Assembly: GCA_030704615.1 (NCBI GenBank)
Contig: CM060731.1
Span: forward strand, 83,886,001 to 83,950,000
DNA: 64,000 nt
Origin: Takakia lepidozioides
Taxonomy: Eukaryota; Plantae; Bryophyta
Direction: 5' to 3'
The position numbers and the translations under genes were made by a program. Each line of letters starts with the position of its first letter. Positions within the stretch are counted from its first letter, which is position 1. Positions 27,201 through 39,260 of this stretch are shown one piece after another. Below the pieces are notes generated by a model, which was not told the DNA's origin, did no database searches, and saw only the letters and a list, made by a program, of their open reading frames with translations.

Positions 27201-29960
27201 ACCTGTGCTAATTAACCCTCACTGGCATGTAGTATTTCATGTTCACTGTGATGCATCAGGAGAAGCGTTGAGAGCGGTGTTAGCCCAGAATGTTACAGGA
27301 AATATAGATTCACCTGTGTACTATGCTAGCCGGTTGATGAACAGTGCTGAAAGGAACTATAGCACAACGGAAAGAGAAGCATTGGCAATGATCTATGCAG
27401 TGAAGAAATTCAGGCATTACCTGTTGGGCAAGAAGTTTATGTTCTATGTGGATCACCAGGCTCTGATATACCTGGTAAACAAACCTCTGATAAGCAGAAG
27501 AATAGCAAGATGGTTGATAATCTTGCACGAGTTTGAGTTCGAGGTTGTTTACAAGCCTGGGAGACTGCATCTTATGGCGGATCATTTGTCACGGTTATCA
27601 ACAGGAGAACCAGCCACAGGAATAGATGATCAATTATCAGATGCGAGTCTCTTTGCAGTGGAGGTGCAGGGAAGTGCAGATGACTGGTTAGATTGGCAAT
27701 GGCCAATCAGATACTACCTTGCTCATGGTCAGTGCCCACCTAGTTATGGTAAGGAGCAAAGGAAGAGAATCGCTATCAAAGCTTTACCTTATACTATGGT
27801 AGGAAGCAGAATGTATAAGCTAGGACCTGATGGAGTACTAAAACGATGCTTGTACCACCATGAAGTAAATAAAGTTTTGGAGGAAGTTCATAAAGGAGTG
27901 GCTGGAGGTCATTTTGGAGAAGAGACTACCAATAGGAAGATACTACTCGCAAGTTACTGGTGGCCTACTTGTTCAAAGATGTACACGAGTATTGTCAGAG
28001 TTGTGATGAATGTCAGAGGCTAGGACCTTTGCAGAGATCTGGAAGGATGGCCTTGCATCCTACAATGCCTACGGAACCATTTCAGAAATGGGGACTAGAC
28101 TTTGTTGGACCGATAAACCCACCAGCCAAGAATACACGGAACATGTACATAATTACAGCCACTGATTATACTACGAAGTGGGTGGAAGCTAAAGCTTTGA
28201 GGGACAACACAGCCAAGTCCACAGCAAGGTTCCTGTACGAGAACATACTTACACGATTTGGCTGTCCCTTAGAATTTATCAGTGATCAGGGAAGTCACTT
28301 CATGAATGAGACCATTGAGTTGTTGACTAAAGAGTTCATGATTGTACATAGAAAGAGTACAACATATTACCCACAGGGTAATGGGCAGGCAGAGGCTACC
28401 AACAAAATACTATGTACTATCTTGGCTAAGATAGTCAATGCAAACAGAACTGATTGGGATACAAAGCTGCTGACAGCTTTGTGGTCATACAGGACTTCCT
28501 ATAAAGTCACCACTAAGTATACACCATTCCAATTAGTTTATGGAATGGAAGCCTTACTTCCAGTGGAATTCCTGTTACCTACCATGAGAACGGAGTGGGG
28601 AAAAAGAATGGAATTGCAAGATTCCATTAAGGTCAGGAAACATGAATTATACCATGTGGAAGAAGTACGTGCTGATGCAGCTGATAATATGACCAAAATT
28701 CAGATCAAGAAGAAGGAACAGTTTGATGAAGGCAAGTTAAAAACCTTTAAGACGGGAGATTTGGTTTTATGGTTGCAGAAAAAGGGAAAGATTAAAGCTT
28801 CTAAGCTTAAATCACCATGGAAAGGACCTTATGTCATACAAAAGATGTATGATAACAACACCGCCATGTTACAAACCATTAATAAAGAAATGCTGGGAAG
28901 AGTCAATGGCAATAAGTTGAAAGGGTACAGTGGTATCCATGACAAACCATTGCAGCATGATTTGCATGTTGAAACGCAAGAGCAGTCACGGGCTGCACCG
29001 GGGTTACAAACGGAGTATGGAGCACTTATCGCTAGGCCAAGCACATATGATCAGGGCGGGCAAAACAAGCGTGACACAGCCTATCACAGCCCATCAAGGC
29101 GAACCACAGCCTATCACAGCTCATCACGACGTGACACAGCCTATCACAGCCAATCAAGGCAAAGCACAGCCTATCACAGCCCATCACGACGTGACACAGC
29201 CTATCACAGCCCAGCACGGCGCGACACAGCCTATCACAACCTACCACAGCGTGTCACAGCCTATCACAGCTTACCACAGCATATCACAGCCTATCACAGC
29301 TTACCACAGTATGACACAGCCTGTCACAGCTCAACACAGCCTACTAGGGTTACACGATCCATAGAATCAGTGACAGGTGGACGCATAATAACTTCAGGAA
29401 AATGGCTGACGGAAGAAAAAACGGAAACTAGTTTAAAAATAGACACGTGGAGGTCAGGGCGCGACACACAGCTGAGAAGGAAGTGCAAGACCAGGTGTCA
29501 TAAAGAAAGAGGACAAAAACGGCCGTCAAAAGGGATGAAAGGCGGGCCCATTAATGAATACGGAAAAAGGGAAACGGAACGAACGGCAAGTACAGAAAAG
29601 CGAAATTCTTGTCACATGTGTGATCCTAGTGGACTATCCAGCAGGGAAAGTCCACTAAAGAAAATAAAATCTAAAATCCAGTCACAGCGGAGACAGCCAA
29701 TAGAAAACCAGAGAAAGGATCAAGAAAATGGAGGGAAATTGAGCGCAAGAGGCGGCGTCGTTCTGAGTAACGGGCGTCTCGAAGGGACAGACCATCAATG
29801 CTATAGCTTGGAAACTATGGAGGAACTAACAGATTATACGCTCGCAATATTACTTACGCAGCATAGACACGAAAGAACAGAGCGGAGCTTTTCTCTTGAG
29901 CGATGCTTGCAAGCCCCGCAAGCTTACAAGCCCCGCAAGCTTACAAGAAATTACCCATAG
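24253..29960 (+). pseudogene. gag-pol polyprotein with one in-frame stop (25879-25881) and a frameshift (~27970)
   Basis: Three CCHC knuckles, protease LIDGGSGVN, RT FLDDF, RNase H CDAS/ERE/DH, integrase WGLDFVGP/SDQG/GQAE, and WKGPY. ORFs starting at 24253 and 25948 share a frame. Confidence 0.9.
29069..29340 (+). repeat. 30-bp minisatellite, about 9 copies, downstream of integrase
   Basis: Core ACAGCCTATCACAGC recurs every 30 nt and reads TAYHS in the pol frame. Confidence 0.95.
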
Positions 29961-30046
29961 CCTTCTGTGGCAACCATACGTTTATGCTTTGTGCACTACA
30001 GGCATTTCTGCAGTTGTTACAACCAAAACAGTTCTGTGAGTCTAAA

Positions 30047-32056
30047 ATGAAGAGAGTGAGAGGAATGGAGGAAATCAGGGTGAAGAGCACCACAATTCTG
30101 CAGAAACAAACGATTGCTACCCCACAGGCGATACAGATACTGGAGGAGCTGAGATTGCAAGGATTGCAAAGCCTAGATTGGACATTACACCATAGACAGT
30201 ACATGTTACAATTTTTGCAGAACTTTGAGCCAAGGACAGGAACAACAACGGTGAAGGGAGTTGAATTAATGATTACTCCCCTATACCTCCAGCAATTGTT
30301 TCGATTGCCAGCAGGTCAGGTGCATGTGGAGGAACACAGGGCAAGACTGCAAATAGGGGACTTATTCCAAGAAGGAAGTTTCTTTAAAACTCAGGGTTAT
30401 GCTTGTACCAAGGCTGTGTACCCAGGGCTAAAAGAGGTAGGCCAGGTATTGAACGTTCTAATTGCCATGAAACAGAACCAACAATATTTGAGCAGATCCT
30501 TCACGGAGGAAATACTCAAAGGCCTGAAGGGACAAGAGGTACAATGGGCGGACATAATGTACAACGCACTGGTGGAGGAGATGAAAAGATTACAAGGTAC
30601 TACCGCAAAGTCCCCTATCATAGTGTCTGGCCCAATCATTGCTCAAATAATTCTTGATTCTGGTATACTTGATGCGCAAGAAAGAAAGGAGATGGGAGTG
30701 TTTGAGCCAGAAACCACTGCAATGGAAGAGCAAGGCTCTTCACACAGTGAGGGTGGACTAGCAGGGCAACCCGAGACTAAGAGGCAGAGACGGGGAAAGA
30801 CTGTAGTGGTGGATCCACTGCCTTCACGGATTCCGCATGATAATGTTTCCCAAGCTCATGTGCAGGAAGGGGCACAGCAGCACAGAGAAATGCCATTACT
30901 GGAAGCAGGACCTTCAGAGAGGGAGGAGGAAGTTACTTCAGCATCACAACCATCACAGCCAGCTGATCGACTTGTCACAAGGTCACAAGTTGTCCATGCA
31001 GCTCAACCAAAAATAATTGATTTGGAAAGAGAAGGGTTAGATATTCCAACTACAGAACAGATAGTGGCAGAAATGGAGAAGGGGGACCTTCTCTATGAAT
31101 ATTCTGGTCTGGTCAAGGAGACAGAGATTCTAGAGGTGCAACAGTTGCCCAAGGGAAATCCTGAGGTGCATATAATACACACACCTGTGTCGGAGGTACC
31201 ACAGGCGGAAGGTCATGACACTGTAGCACCGGTGATAGATGAAGTGGTTCAGGAAGAAAATCCGGTGGGACAATGGCCTAAGTGGTTCGTGAGACATCAC
31301 ACTGTTGAGGATCAGGAGGAACAGCAGCAACCTCACCATGATGACCCTCAACAGGCAATGTTGATGAGTTCCATAGGCAGGACACTTAATTTGTTGGGAA
31401 CTTATGTCAAATCCCATGTTCCAACTACCCAATTGACAGCCTTGAGAGAGGAACTCCGGAAGGAGTTTGAGGCTCGCCTAGCCACTGAGTGTGCAAACAA
31501 GGTCGATGAAGAGGTCACTCTCAAGATGCAGCAGGACTTGGGAAATACAGAAGCGGCTTTGCAATTGGCCAAGGAACAATTGATTGAGGCAGGCCTCGCG
31601 CAAGACCAGTTGCACGAAGCACATAAGCAACAGCTATACCAAATGCAGGTGCAGCATGAAAGCAAGTTGCAAGAAGTGAATGCACTACATACGGAGTTGC
31701 AGACAGTGCATGACAGGATGGCGATACAATGTGCTACATTCACAACTATGCTTGACCAATCTACAAAAGAAATAAACAGTCAAGCGGAAAAATGTACGAA
31801 GGCAGAAGAAGAGAATGTTGAGCAAATGAAACTCATTGTCGATATGAAGAATACAATCTGTCGCAATGAGGATGCTTTCAAGCAATACAGGCAGGTTGAA
31901 GCTGATCAAGAGAAGCACATCGTGGAGTTGCACCAAACGATCATGGCCAATAGAAATGAAATCGCGGTCAATAACAAGGTTTGGAGGGAAGCTAATAATC
32001 TGGCTGCTGCTTATGCAAATTTGGTTGAACCTGGGTGGACACTAAAATACCTCTAA
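30047..32056 (+). CDS. Additional gypsy ORF3 of unknown function with a C-terminal coiled coil; last codons come from R repeat
   Basis: About 670 open codons from MKRVRG with a Q/E-rich heptad region. Sequence from 32029 (acctgggtggacact) matches the R copy near 34897. Confidence 0.75.
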   Translation: MKRVRGMEEIRVKSTTILQKQTIATPQAIQILEELRLQGLQSLDWTLHHRQYMLQFLQNFEPRTGTTTVKGVELMITPLYLQQLFRLPAGQVHVEEHRARLQIGDLFQEGSFFKTQGYACTKAVYPGLKEVGQVLNVLIAMKQNQQYLSRSFTEEILKGLKGQEVQWADIMYNALVEEMKRLQGTTAKSPIIVSGPIIAQIILDSGILDAQERKEMGVFEPETTAMEEQGSSHSEGGLAGQPETKRQRRGKTVVVDPLPSRIPHDNVSQAHVQEGAQQHREMPLLEAGPSEREEEVTSASQPSQPADRLVTRSQVVHAAQPKIIDLEREGLDIPTTEQIVAEMEKGDLLYEYSGLVKETEILEVQQLPKGNPEVHIIHTPVSEVPQAEGHDTVAPVIDEVVQEENPVGQWPKWFVRHHTVEDQEEQQQPHHDDPQQAMLMSSIGRTLNLLGTYVKSHVPTTQLTALREELRKEFEARLATECANKVDEEVTLKMQQDLGNTEAALQLAKEQLIEAGLAQDQLHEAHKQQLYQMQVQHESKLQEVNALHTELQTVHDRMAIQCATFTTMLDQSTKEINSQAEKCTKAEEENVEQMKLIVDMKNTICRNEDAFKQYRQVEADQEKHIVELHQTIMANRNEIAVNNKVWREANNLAAAYANLVEPGWTLKYL

Positions 32057-34534
32057 AAAGGGTCTGTGATTTTTTCATTCCTCTTTTATTTGACTTCCAT
32101 CTATACTAGATGAGTCACCAGAGAATGAGGAATTACCTCTGTAGGGGTTGTGTCACTGGCATCCTATCTATAATTTTTCCATCCATGCCGGATGAAAAAT
32201 ACCAGGATATGAATTCATCTTATTCCTCCTTTATGCCTTTTTTTCCGTACTGGATGAGGCTTTTCTTAGGGGATGATGAATTACCTGTTAGGATGAGAAA
32301 CCGCTGCCTTGGATGATGTGTATTGCTTTTTCATCCTGCTGATGGACCTTCTCCAAATAGATGAACCTATTAACTTTTTTCATCTGAACCGGATGAAAAA
32401 TGCAGCTTATGATGACCCTGGAGAATTGTTTAATTACCCTTAATTATAGCTAATTAAGGAGTGAAACCCTAACCCCTACCCTATAATCTACTGTTTAAAC
32501 CTAGCTAACGGATGACATCCGTCGGGTTTTCGAGATAAAGGGTGTTGAATATTCATCCTCCGCGGATGAAAAATCGGGCTTTGCCCTAGGGTGTCTCTCC
32601 CGCCGTTTGCAGCACTCCTCGTGCTTCTGAGCTCGCGGGCTGAGAGTTATGGTGTCTGAGCTATGCTGCTACCCTGTCTGCTGCTTCATGCCCATGCCGG
32701 ACGAGCTCCTGGGGATGCGCAATGGCGGCGTCTTGTCTCTTCTCACAGGCGGGAGACCCCGCTGTAATTGCACCTCCTCTGGCTTTTATATTTTGCAGCG
32801 GTGTATATCTCTCTCTCTCCCTTCTTAAACCTAGCATTTGTATGCTTCGCTTCTCCTTAGCTGTGCTGGAGGTGGCTTGCTGGTGGCGATGGCACACAGT
32901 TACCTTCCCCAATCGCTCAAGGTGCTTTTGGTGATTAGGGTTCCTTTTACTTCATGTCTTTCTCTCTTGTTTTTGAGGTTCTTAGTTGACATCGATGACA
33001 AGTGTAGGGGTCTGTGATTCACCTGGGGTTCCACAATCCTCACTAACCCATTGGTTTTTTTGGGGGCTTGTGATGGGACCAAGTGAGGATCCCTACTTGC
33101 TTTGAATTCTCTTGAGCTTGCAGATAAGGATGTGAGCAAAAGGAACATACTGCTGCTGCCTGCAGCCCTGATTTCGGCCCGCTTGCTCCTGGTTTGACAT
33201 GATGATGCTTGCTTTTGACTTATGTTTTGCTGCCGTTGATGGAGCATTTCGGCCTGGCAGCCCTGTCTCGTGCAGCACAACATGTGAATCTTACCCTGTC
33301 TTGAATCTTTGACAGCTTTGCCTATGGTTTTTTAGACTAGGTACTTTTTTGGCCTTAAAAGAGGATTGATGGTGTAAGGGTAAAGGCATCAGTGGCTGTT
33401 AGGCTCTAAGGAAGAGGAGGCCTGGTTTTTTTTAAAAGAAGACAGCCTGATAAGGCAATGACAAGCCGTTTTCAGACCTGGATTTGATGTGGAATGGAGC
33501 ATAGTGAGGTTCTATTTGCAAAACATGGCATTAGCCTCCTGGGAAACAGTGATGGTAAGCTCTAAAGGACTCTGGCCAGTGATTAGTTACAGTATTTTGC
33601 CATATGAACAGCCACCTGCATTGTATGATTTATCTTGGCCAAGTGGGCTTGATCTTGGGCACTCAAATTGTATGTGTGTCCATATCTGGATGCTGTGACA
33701 GGGCAGGCCTTTCTTCCATGCCAAAATGCCTTACATGATGCATATCTTGGGACAACTGTACATGGTGTAGAATGAAGTTGCAGTTTGTCTTGTCTTGCCC
33801 AAGTGGGTCACTTGGTTGCATGTTTGAAGTCTGATAAACTGCAGGCTGGTCCATCAAGATGCTTGTGTACACAGGTCTTGAATCTGAACAATGGCAGGCT
33901 GTTCTTACCTACCCAAGAGGCCTTGCACGATGCATGTCTTGGGGTACTTACAATTGGCCAAGTGTGAAGCTGCAATATGGTTTGTCTTGCCCAAGAAGTT
34001 TACTTGGTTGCATGCTTGAAATCTGATTAATTGCAAGCTGGTCCTTCAAGGTACTTGTATGAACATATCCTGAATCTGTAGTAGAATAGGCTGTTCTTAC
34101 CTACCCAAGAAGCCTTGCATGATGCATTTGGGGTACTTACAAATGGCAAAGAGTGAAGCTGCAATATGTTTTGTCATGCCCCAGAAGATTACTTGGTTGC
34201 ATGTTTGAAATCTGGTAAATTGCAGGCTGGTCCTTCAAGGTGCTTGTATGAACATACCTTGAATTTGTAGTAGGGCAGGCTGTTCTTACCTTGCATGGTG
34301 CATGTCTTGGGCTACTTACAGGAATTTGAACTTCAATAAACCCCGCCCTCCCACCCTGTTTTATCTTGATTGAATGGGTGTTGTCACTTGGTCTGTTTTG
34401 ACAAGACTGGAAATGTTAGATGGTGCCCTGTTTATGGGCTGTTTATGTCTTTAATTGACAATAACCCTAGTAGGGTCTTGTCCATGTCTTGACATGACAT
34501 GAATATCTTCCCACTCTCTCCCTCTCTCTTTTAA
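32029..34534 (+). repeat. R repeat, plus copy 1 (5'-truncated)
   Basis: Colinear with 34897-37440: GGATGA array, hairpin modules, ~190-bp internal repeats and terminal catgtcttgacatg. Confidence 0.9.
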
Positions 34535-34589
34535 CTTTTTTCTACCCCCTCTCTCCCTCTGTGGTTTGTTTTTTTTTTTGAGCAGCACA

Positions 34590-34800
34590 CAAGAGAGGAG
34601 AGAGGGAGAGGGAGAGGGAGAGGGAGAGACAGGGACAGAGAGAGGGAGTGAGAGGGAGAGATCAGGAAACCAAAAAAAATAAAAAAAATAAAAAATCGAG
34701 GTAGCTGCAGGCAGCTGCTAAGTCACTTCCCCCCCCCCCCCCACCATTTTATTTATTTATTTTTCTTTGATGCCCCCTCTCTCCCTCTGTCTTCCTCCTC
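34590..34800. repeat. J2 GA/CT-rich imperfect palindrome
   Basis: gagagggagtgagagggagagatcagg...gcagctgctaagtcact-polyC...cccctctctccctctgtc; homologous to 45175-45402, 53620-53760 and 55315-55497. Confidence 0.8.
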
Positions 34801-34801
34801 G

Positions 34802-37440
34802 GAATTGGCCGGTTGTATCAGTGTTTTTTTTCCTATTTTTCCATCTTTTTCTAAACACCCGCCCTATAGAGATTTTTTATCCATACCGGATGAATTACCT
34901 GGGTGGACACTAAAGTACCTCTAAACTGGGTCTATGATATTTTCATTCCTCTTTTATTGACTTTCATCTATACCAGATGAGTCACCAGAGAATAAAGAAT
35001 TACCTATTATTACTGGCATCCTATATATAATTTTTCCATCCATACCGGATGAAAAACACCAGGATATTAATTCGTTTATTCCTCTTTTATGGCTTTTTTT
35101 CCGTACTGGATGAGGCTTTTTTTAGGGGATGTTGAATTACCTATTAGGATGAGAAACCGTTGCCTTGGATGTTATGTACTGTTTTTCCATCCTACTGACG
35201 GACCTTCTCCAACTAGATGAACTTATTAACTTTTTAATCTGAACCGGATGAAATATGCAGCCTATGATGGCCCTGGACTTTTGTTTAATTACCCTTAATT
35301 ATGGCTAATTAAGGAGTGAAACCCTAATCCCTACCCTATAACCTACTGTTTAAACCTAGCTAATGGATGACATCCGTCGGGTTTCGAAATAAGTGGTGTT
35401 GATTACTCATCCTGCACGGATGAAAAATCGGGCAGGGCCCTAGGGTGTCTCTCCCGCCGTCAGCAGTACTCCTCGTGCTTCCGAGCTCGCGGGATGAGAG
35501 TTATGGCGTCTGCGCTTTGCTGATACCCTGTCTGCTGCTTCGTGCCCATGCTGGACGAGCTCCTGGGGATGCACAATGGCGGCGTTTTGTCTCTTCTCAC
35601 AGGCGGGAGACAATGTTGTGAATGCATCGTCTCTTTCCCTCCTCTTCTCTTTCCCTCCTCTGGCTTTTATGTTTCGCAGCAGCGCTTGTGTGGGGAAGTA
35701 TCTCTCTCTCACTTCGTAAACCTAGCAAGGATGCTTGTATGCTTCCCTTCTCCTTAGCTGTGCTGGAGGTGGCTTGCTGGTGGCGATGGCGCACAGTTAC
35801 CTTCCCCAATCGCTCAAGGTGCTTTTGGTGATTAGGGTTCCTTTTACTTTATGTCTTTCTCTCTTGCTTTTGAGGTTCTTAGTTGACATCGATGACAAGT
35901 GTAGGGGTCTGTGATTCACTTGGGGTTCCACAATCCTCACTAACCTGTTGGTTTTTGTGGGGGCTTGTGATGGGACCAGGTGAGGATCCCTACTTGCTTT
36001 GAATTCTCTTGAGCTTGCAGATAAGGATGTGAGAAAAAAAAACCTATTTTGTATGACGTCATGACTTGGCTGCTGCCTGCAGCCCCGATTTCGGCCCGCT
36101 TGCTCCTGGTTTGACATGATGATGCTTACTTTTGACTTATGTTGCTGCCGTTGATGGAGCATTTCAGCCTGGCAAGCCTATTCTTGAAGCACAACATCTG
36201 GACCTTGCCTTGTCTTGAATCTTTGACAGCATTGTCTGTGGATTTTTAAACTAGGTACAGTTTTGGCCTTAAAAGAGGAATGATGGTTTAAGGGTAAAGG
36301 CATCAGTGGCTGTTAGGTTCTAAGGAAGAGGAGGCCCTGTTTTTTTAAAGATGGCAGCCTGATGAGGCAATGACAGGTCTCTTTCAGGCCTGGATTTGAT
36401 GTGGAATGGAGTATAGTGAGGTTCTATTTGCAAAACATGGCATTAGCCTCCTGGAAAACAGTGGTGGTAAGCTCTAATGGACCTTTGCCAGTGATTATTT
36501 GCCTCATTTTGCCATCAGAATAGCCACCTGCATTGTATGATTTATTTTGGCCAAATGGGCTTGGTCTCGGGCACTCAAAATGTATGTGTGTCCATATCTT
36601 GATGCTGTAACATGGCAGGCCTTTCTTCCATGCCAAAATGCCTTACATGATGCATATCTTGGGGCAACTGTACATGGTATAGAATGAAGTTGCAGTCTGT
36701 CTTGTCATGCCCAAAGTGGGTCACTTGGTTGCATGTTTGGAGTCTGATTAACTGCAGGCTGGTCCATCAAGATTCCTGTGTACACAAGTCTTGAATCTGT
36801 ATAATGGCAGGTTGTTCTTACCTACCCAGAAGGCGTGGCACGATGCACGTCTTGGGGTACTTACAATTGGCCAAATGTGAAGCTGCAATATGGTTTGTCA
36901 TGCCCAAGAAGTTTACTTGGTTGCATGCCTGAAATGTAATTAATTGCAGGCTGGTCCTTCAAGGTGCTTGTGTGTACATTCCCTGAATCTGTTGTAGGGC
37001 AGGCTGTTCTTACCTACCCTTGGAGCCTTGCATAGTGCTTGTCTTGGATCACTTCAAGGTACCTGTGTATACATATCTTGGATCTGTAATGTGGCAAGTA
37101 GTTCTTATATGCCCATGATATCTTGCATGATGCATATCTTATGGATAACTATGGATGATATAATCTGAGGCTGCAATCTGACCTATATTGTGCAAGAGGG
37201 TCACTTGGGTACATGACAGGAATCTGAATATGAATATACCCCGCCCTCCCACCCTGTTTTAACATGACTGAATGGGTGTCGTCACTTGGTATGCTATGAC
37301 AAGACTGGAAGTGTTAGATGGTGCCCTATCATGGGCTGTTTATGTCTTTAATTGACAATGACCCTAGTTGGTCTTGTCCATGTCTTGACATGACATGAAT
37401 ATCTTCCCTCTCTCTCCCACTCTCTCCCTCTCTCTTATTA
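34802..37440 (+). repeat. R repeat, plus copy 2
   Basis: Similar to 32029-34534 and 55498-57875. Confidence 0.9.
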
Positions 37441-37496
37441 ACTTTTTCTACCCCCTCTTTCCCTCTGTGGTTTTATTTTTTTTGTGAGCATCACAA

Positions 37497-39260
37497 AAGA
37501 GAGGAGAGAGAGAGAAGATATACATGTCATGTCAAGACATGGACAAGACCGCTAAGGTCATTGTCATTGAAAGACAAAACAGCCCTTTACAGGGCACCAT
37601 CTAACATTCTCTTTCATGTTTACAATCTCATTTGAATACCCAATTACATTTCAGGGTCTCAGAAAAAACAGGGCGGGAGGGTGGTACTCCAGGTCATTCA
37701 TATCATGAAAGCACCATAGTACACATCATTGTCTCAAGAATCCATTATAAACTCATTTCAAAAACCAGATTGCAGGTTTGGTTTGAAGGTGATGTTTTAG
37801 AACCAAGATATAAGCAAGATTCTTAAAAAGGAAGAAGAAACATCAGTGTAGAGCCCCTTTAAGCAGGTATAGGCCTAAAATGGTATTTTAAGGCCACATA
37901 AAGTAGTTCTGCCAAGGTGAAAGAGCAACTCAAAAACCCCAGTTTGTTATCAAGCCATGAAACCAAAATGATATGAGGGCCTTGAAGAATGTGTGTTATC
38001 TATCAAAGCCTATCCTTTTGATCCATCAGAGTCATACCAAGAGTTCTCATTTGCCAAGTATCAAGGCAGTCAGAGTAATAACTGCTTTTTTTGTATCCTT
38101 GTATCCTTCATAGCTAAACTCCTACACATGCAAGTGTGGTTGTAAAAAACCATAAACAGGGGTAAGGAGAGAAGCAGATCCTCATTGGAGCAATCTTGGC
38201 GCAGGTCTGAAGTGGCATGGTGGTAGTTCGAAACAGCAGATGGCATCAGCAGCTTAGGCAGCAGCAGTATCCACACTTGCAAGAACAGGAACTGCAAGCT
38301 TCAAGAAATCAAGACAAGTGAAGACCCTCACCTATGCCCGTCCCAAAAACCACCACATAGCGATGTGTGTTAGTGAGGATGCAGCAGGTAAGTGGCAGGT
38401 CTTCACAGTTGCTATCCATGTCAGTGTTGAATTCTAAAGCAAGTACAGATCACAGTTCAACAATGATAAACTCAAAAAAACCTTGAGTGTTTGTGGTATG
38501 CCTTGCGCCATGGCGTCCAACAGATTGTCTCCAACAGAACGCAGTCAGAGTAGAAGCGTTCACAGCTAGAGAGTGGCTCATACACAAAGAGAGAGCAACA
38601 AGTAATCTGTAGATAAATAAGGATAGAGTACTTCCCAACAAGGAGTAAAAGCGCCGCTACAAAATAAAGAACCATGAGTTCCTGATCAGAGCAATCACGG
38701 CTTTGTCGTCTGCCATAGAAGAATCTGTTTAACCACCACTGCGCATCCCAAGAGCCAGCAATCACGAGTACCATGTAGCAGCAGGGGAGCAGGTTTATAC
38801 GGCGCATCATCAAAGTTCACTGAAGCACGAGTTCAGTGCTTGAAGTGTGTCGGCCTGCTTAGGGCAAAACTGCCCGATTTTTCATCCAGGATGGATGAAA
38901 TATCACATTTTACCAAGATAGGCATTTTGTCACTGGATGACATCCCATAGAGATGTATCTTTTAGGGTTATGGTATAGGTTTAGGTTTAATAACTACCAT
39001 CATTTATGATGATAGTTTTATTATTCTCTTGGATTTTATAATAGGTAACCATTATTTATGTAGATCATCCAGTTTAGATGAAAAAAAGATGGTAACTCTA
39101 GCTTTCTGTATATTAAGTTTCATCATCCAATAATAAAATAAAATCATCCAGATTTGGATGAAAAAAGGTAGGGATGAAAAACTAAATAACCTCAAAAGGA
39201 TAAGGCCAGATGAAATCCAAAGATTTATAGAGGGAGAGGGAGAGAGGGAGAGAGAGGGAC
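37497..39260 (-). repeat. R repeat, minus copy 1 (downstream direct repeat, pLTR-like, of Penelope-like copy 1)
   Basis: Nearly identical to 43462-45205 (scattered SNPs, one 15-bp indel); a diverged inverted homolog of the plus copies. Confidence 0.9.

Larger units (their letters stand above)
23984..32028 (+). mobile_element. Ty3/gypsy (non-chromovirus, OTA-like) retrotransposon internal region; 3' end truncated by R repeat; LTRs not identified
   Basis: Domain order gag-PR-RT-RH-INT, followed by an extra ORF. Confidence 0.9.

Noticed and set aside
29069-29340. CRISPR-like array
   Set aside because: The spacers are similar to one another, the context is a eukaryotic retrotransposon, and there are no cas genes. 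It is a minisatellite.
32461-32490. Interstitial telomere or telomerase RNA template
   Set aside because: Only one or two degenerate units, with no recognisable USE/TATA Pol III promoter.
36355-36400. CTGATGAG as a hammerhead ribozyme core in R
   Set aside because: No downstream GAAA or stem II, and other copies read CTGATAAG. CTGAGGA near 39385 (minus) is CCGATGA in copy 2.
37370-37410. Helitron 3' terminus
   Set aside because: The hairpin is not followed by CTRR, and no Rep/helicase is seen in the window.
32029-37440. R(+) copies as gypsy LTRs
   Set aside because: They are absent upstream of gag, they cut into ORF3, and they are homologous to repeats flanking the Penelope-like element.
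38472-38813. MMMRR.. ORF repeated in three R(-) copies as a protein gene
   Set aside because: The diverged copy (59180-59518) shows mostly non-synonymous changes and a frame shift, and it is not conserved in R(+).
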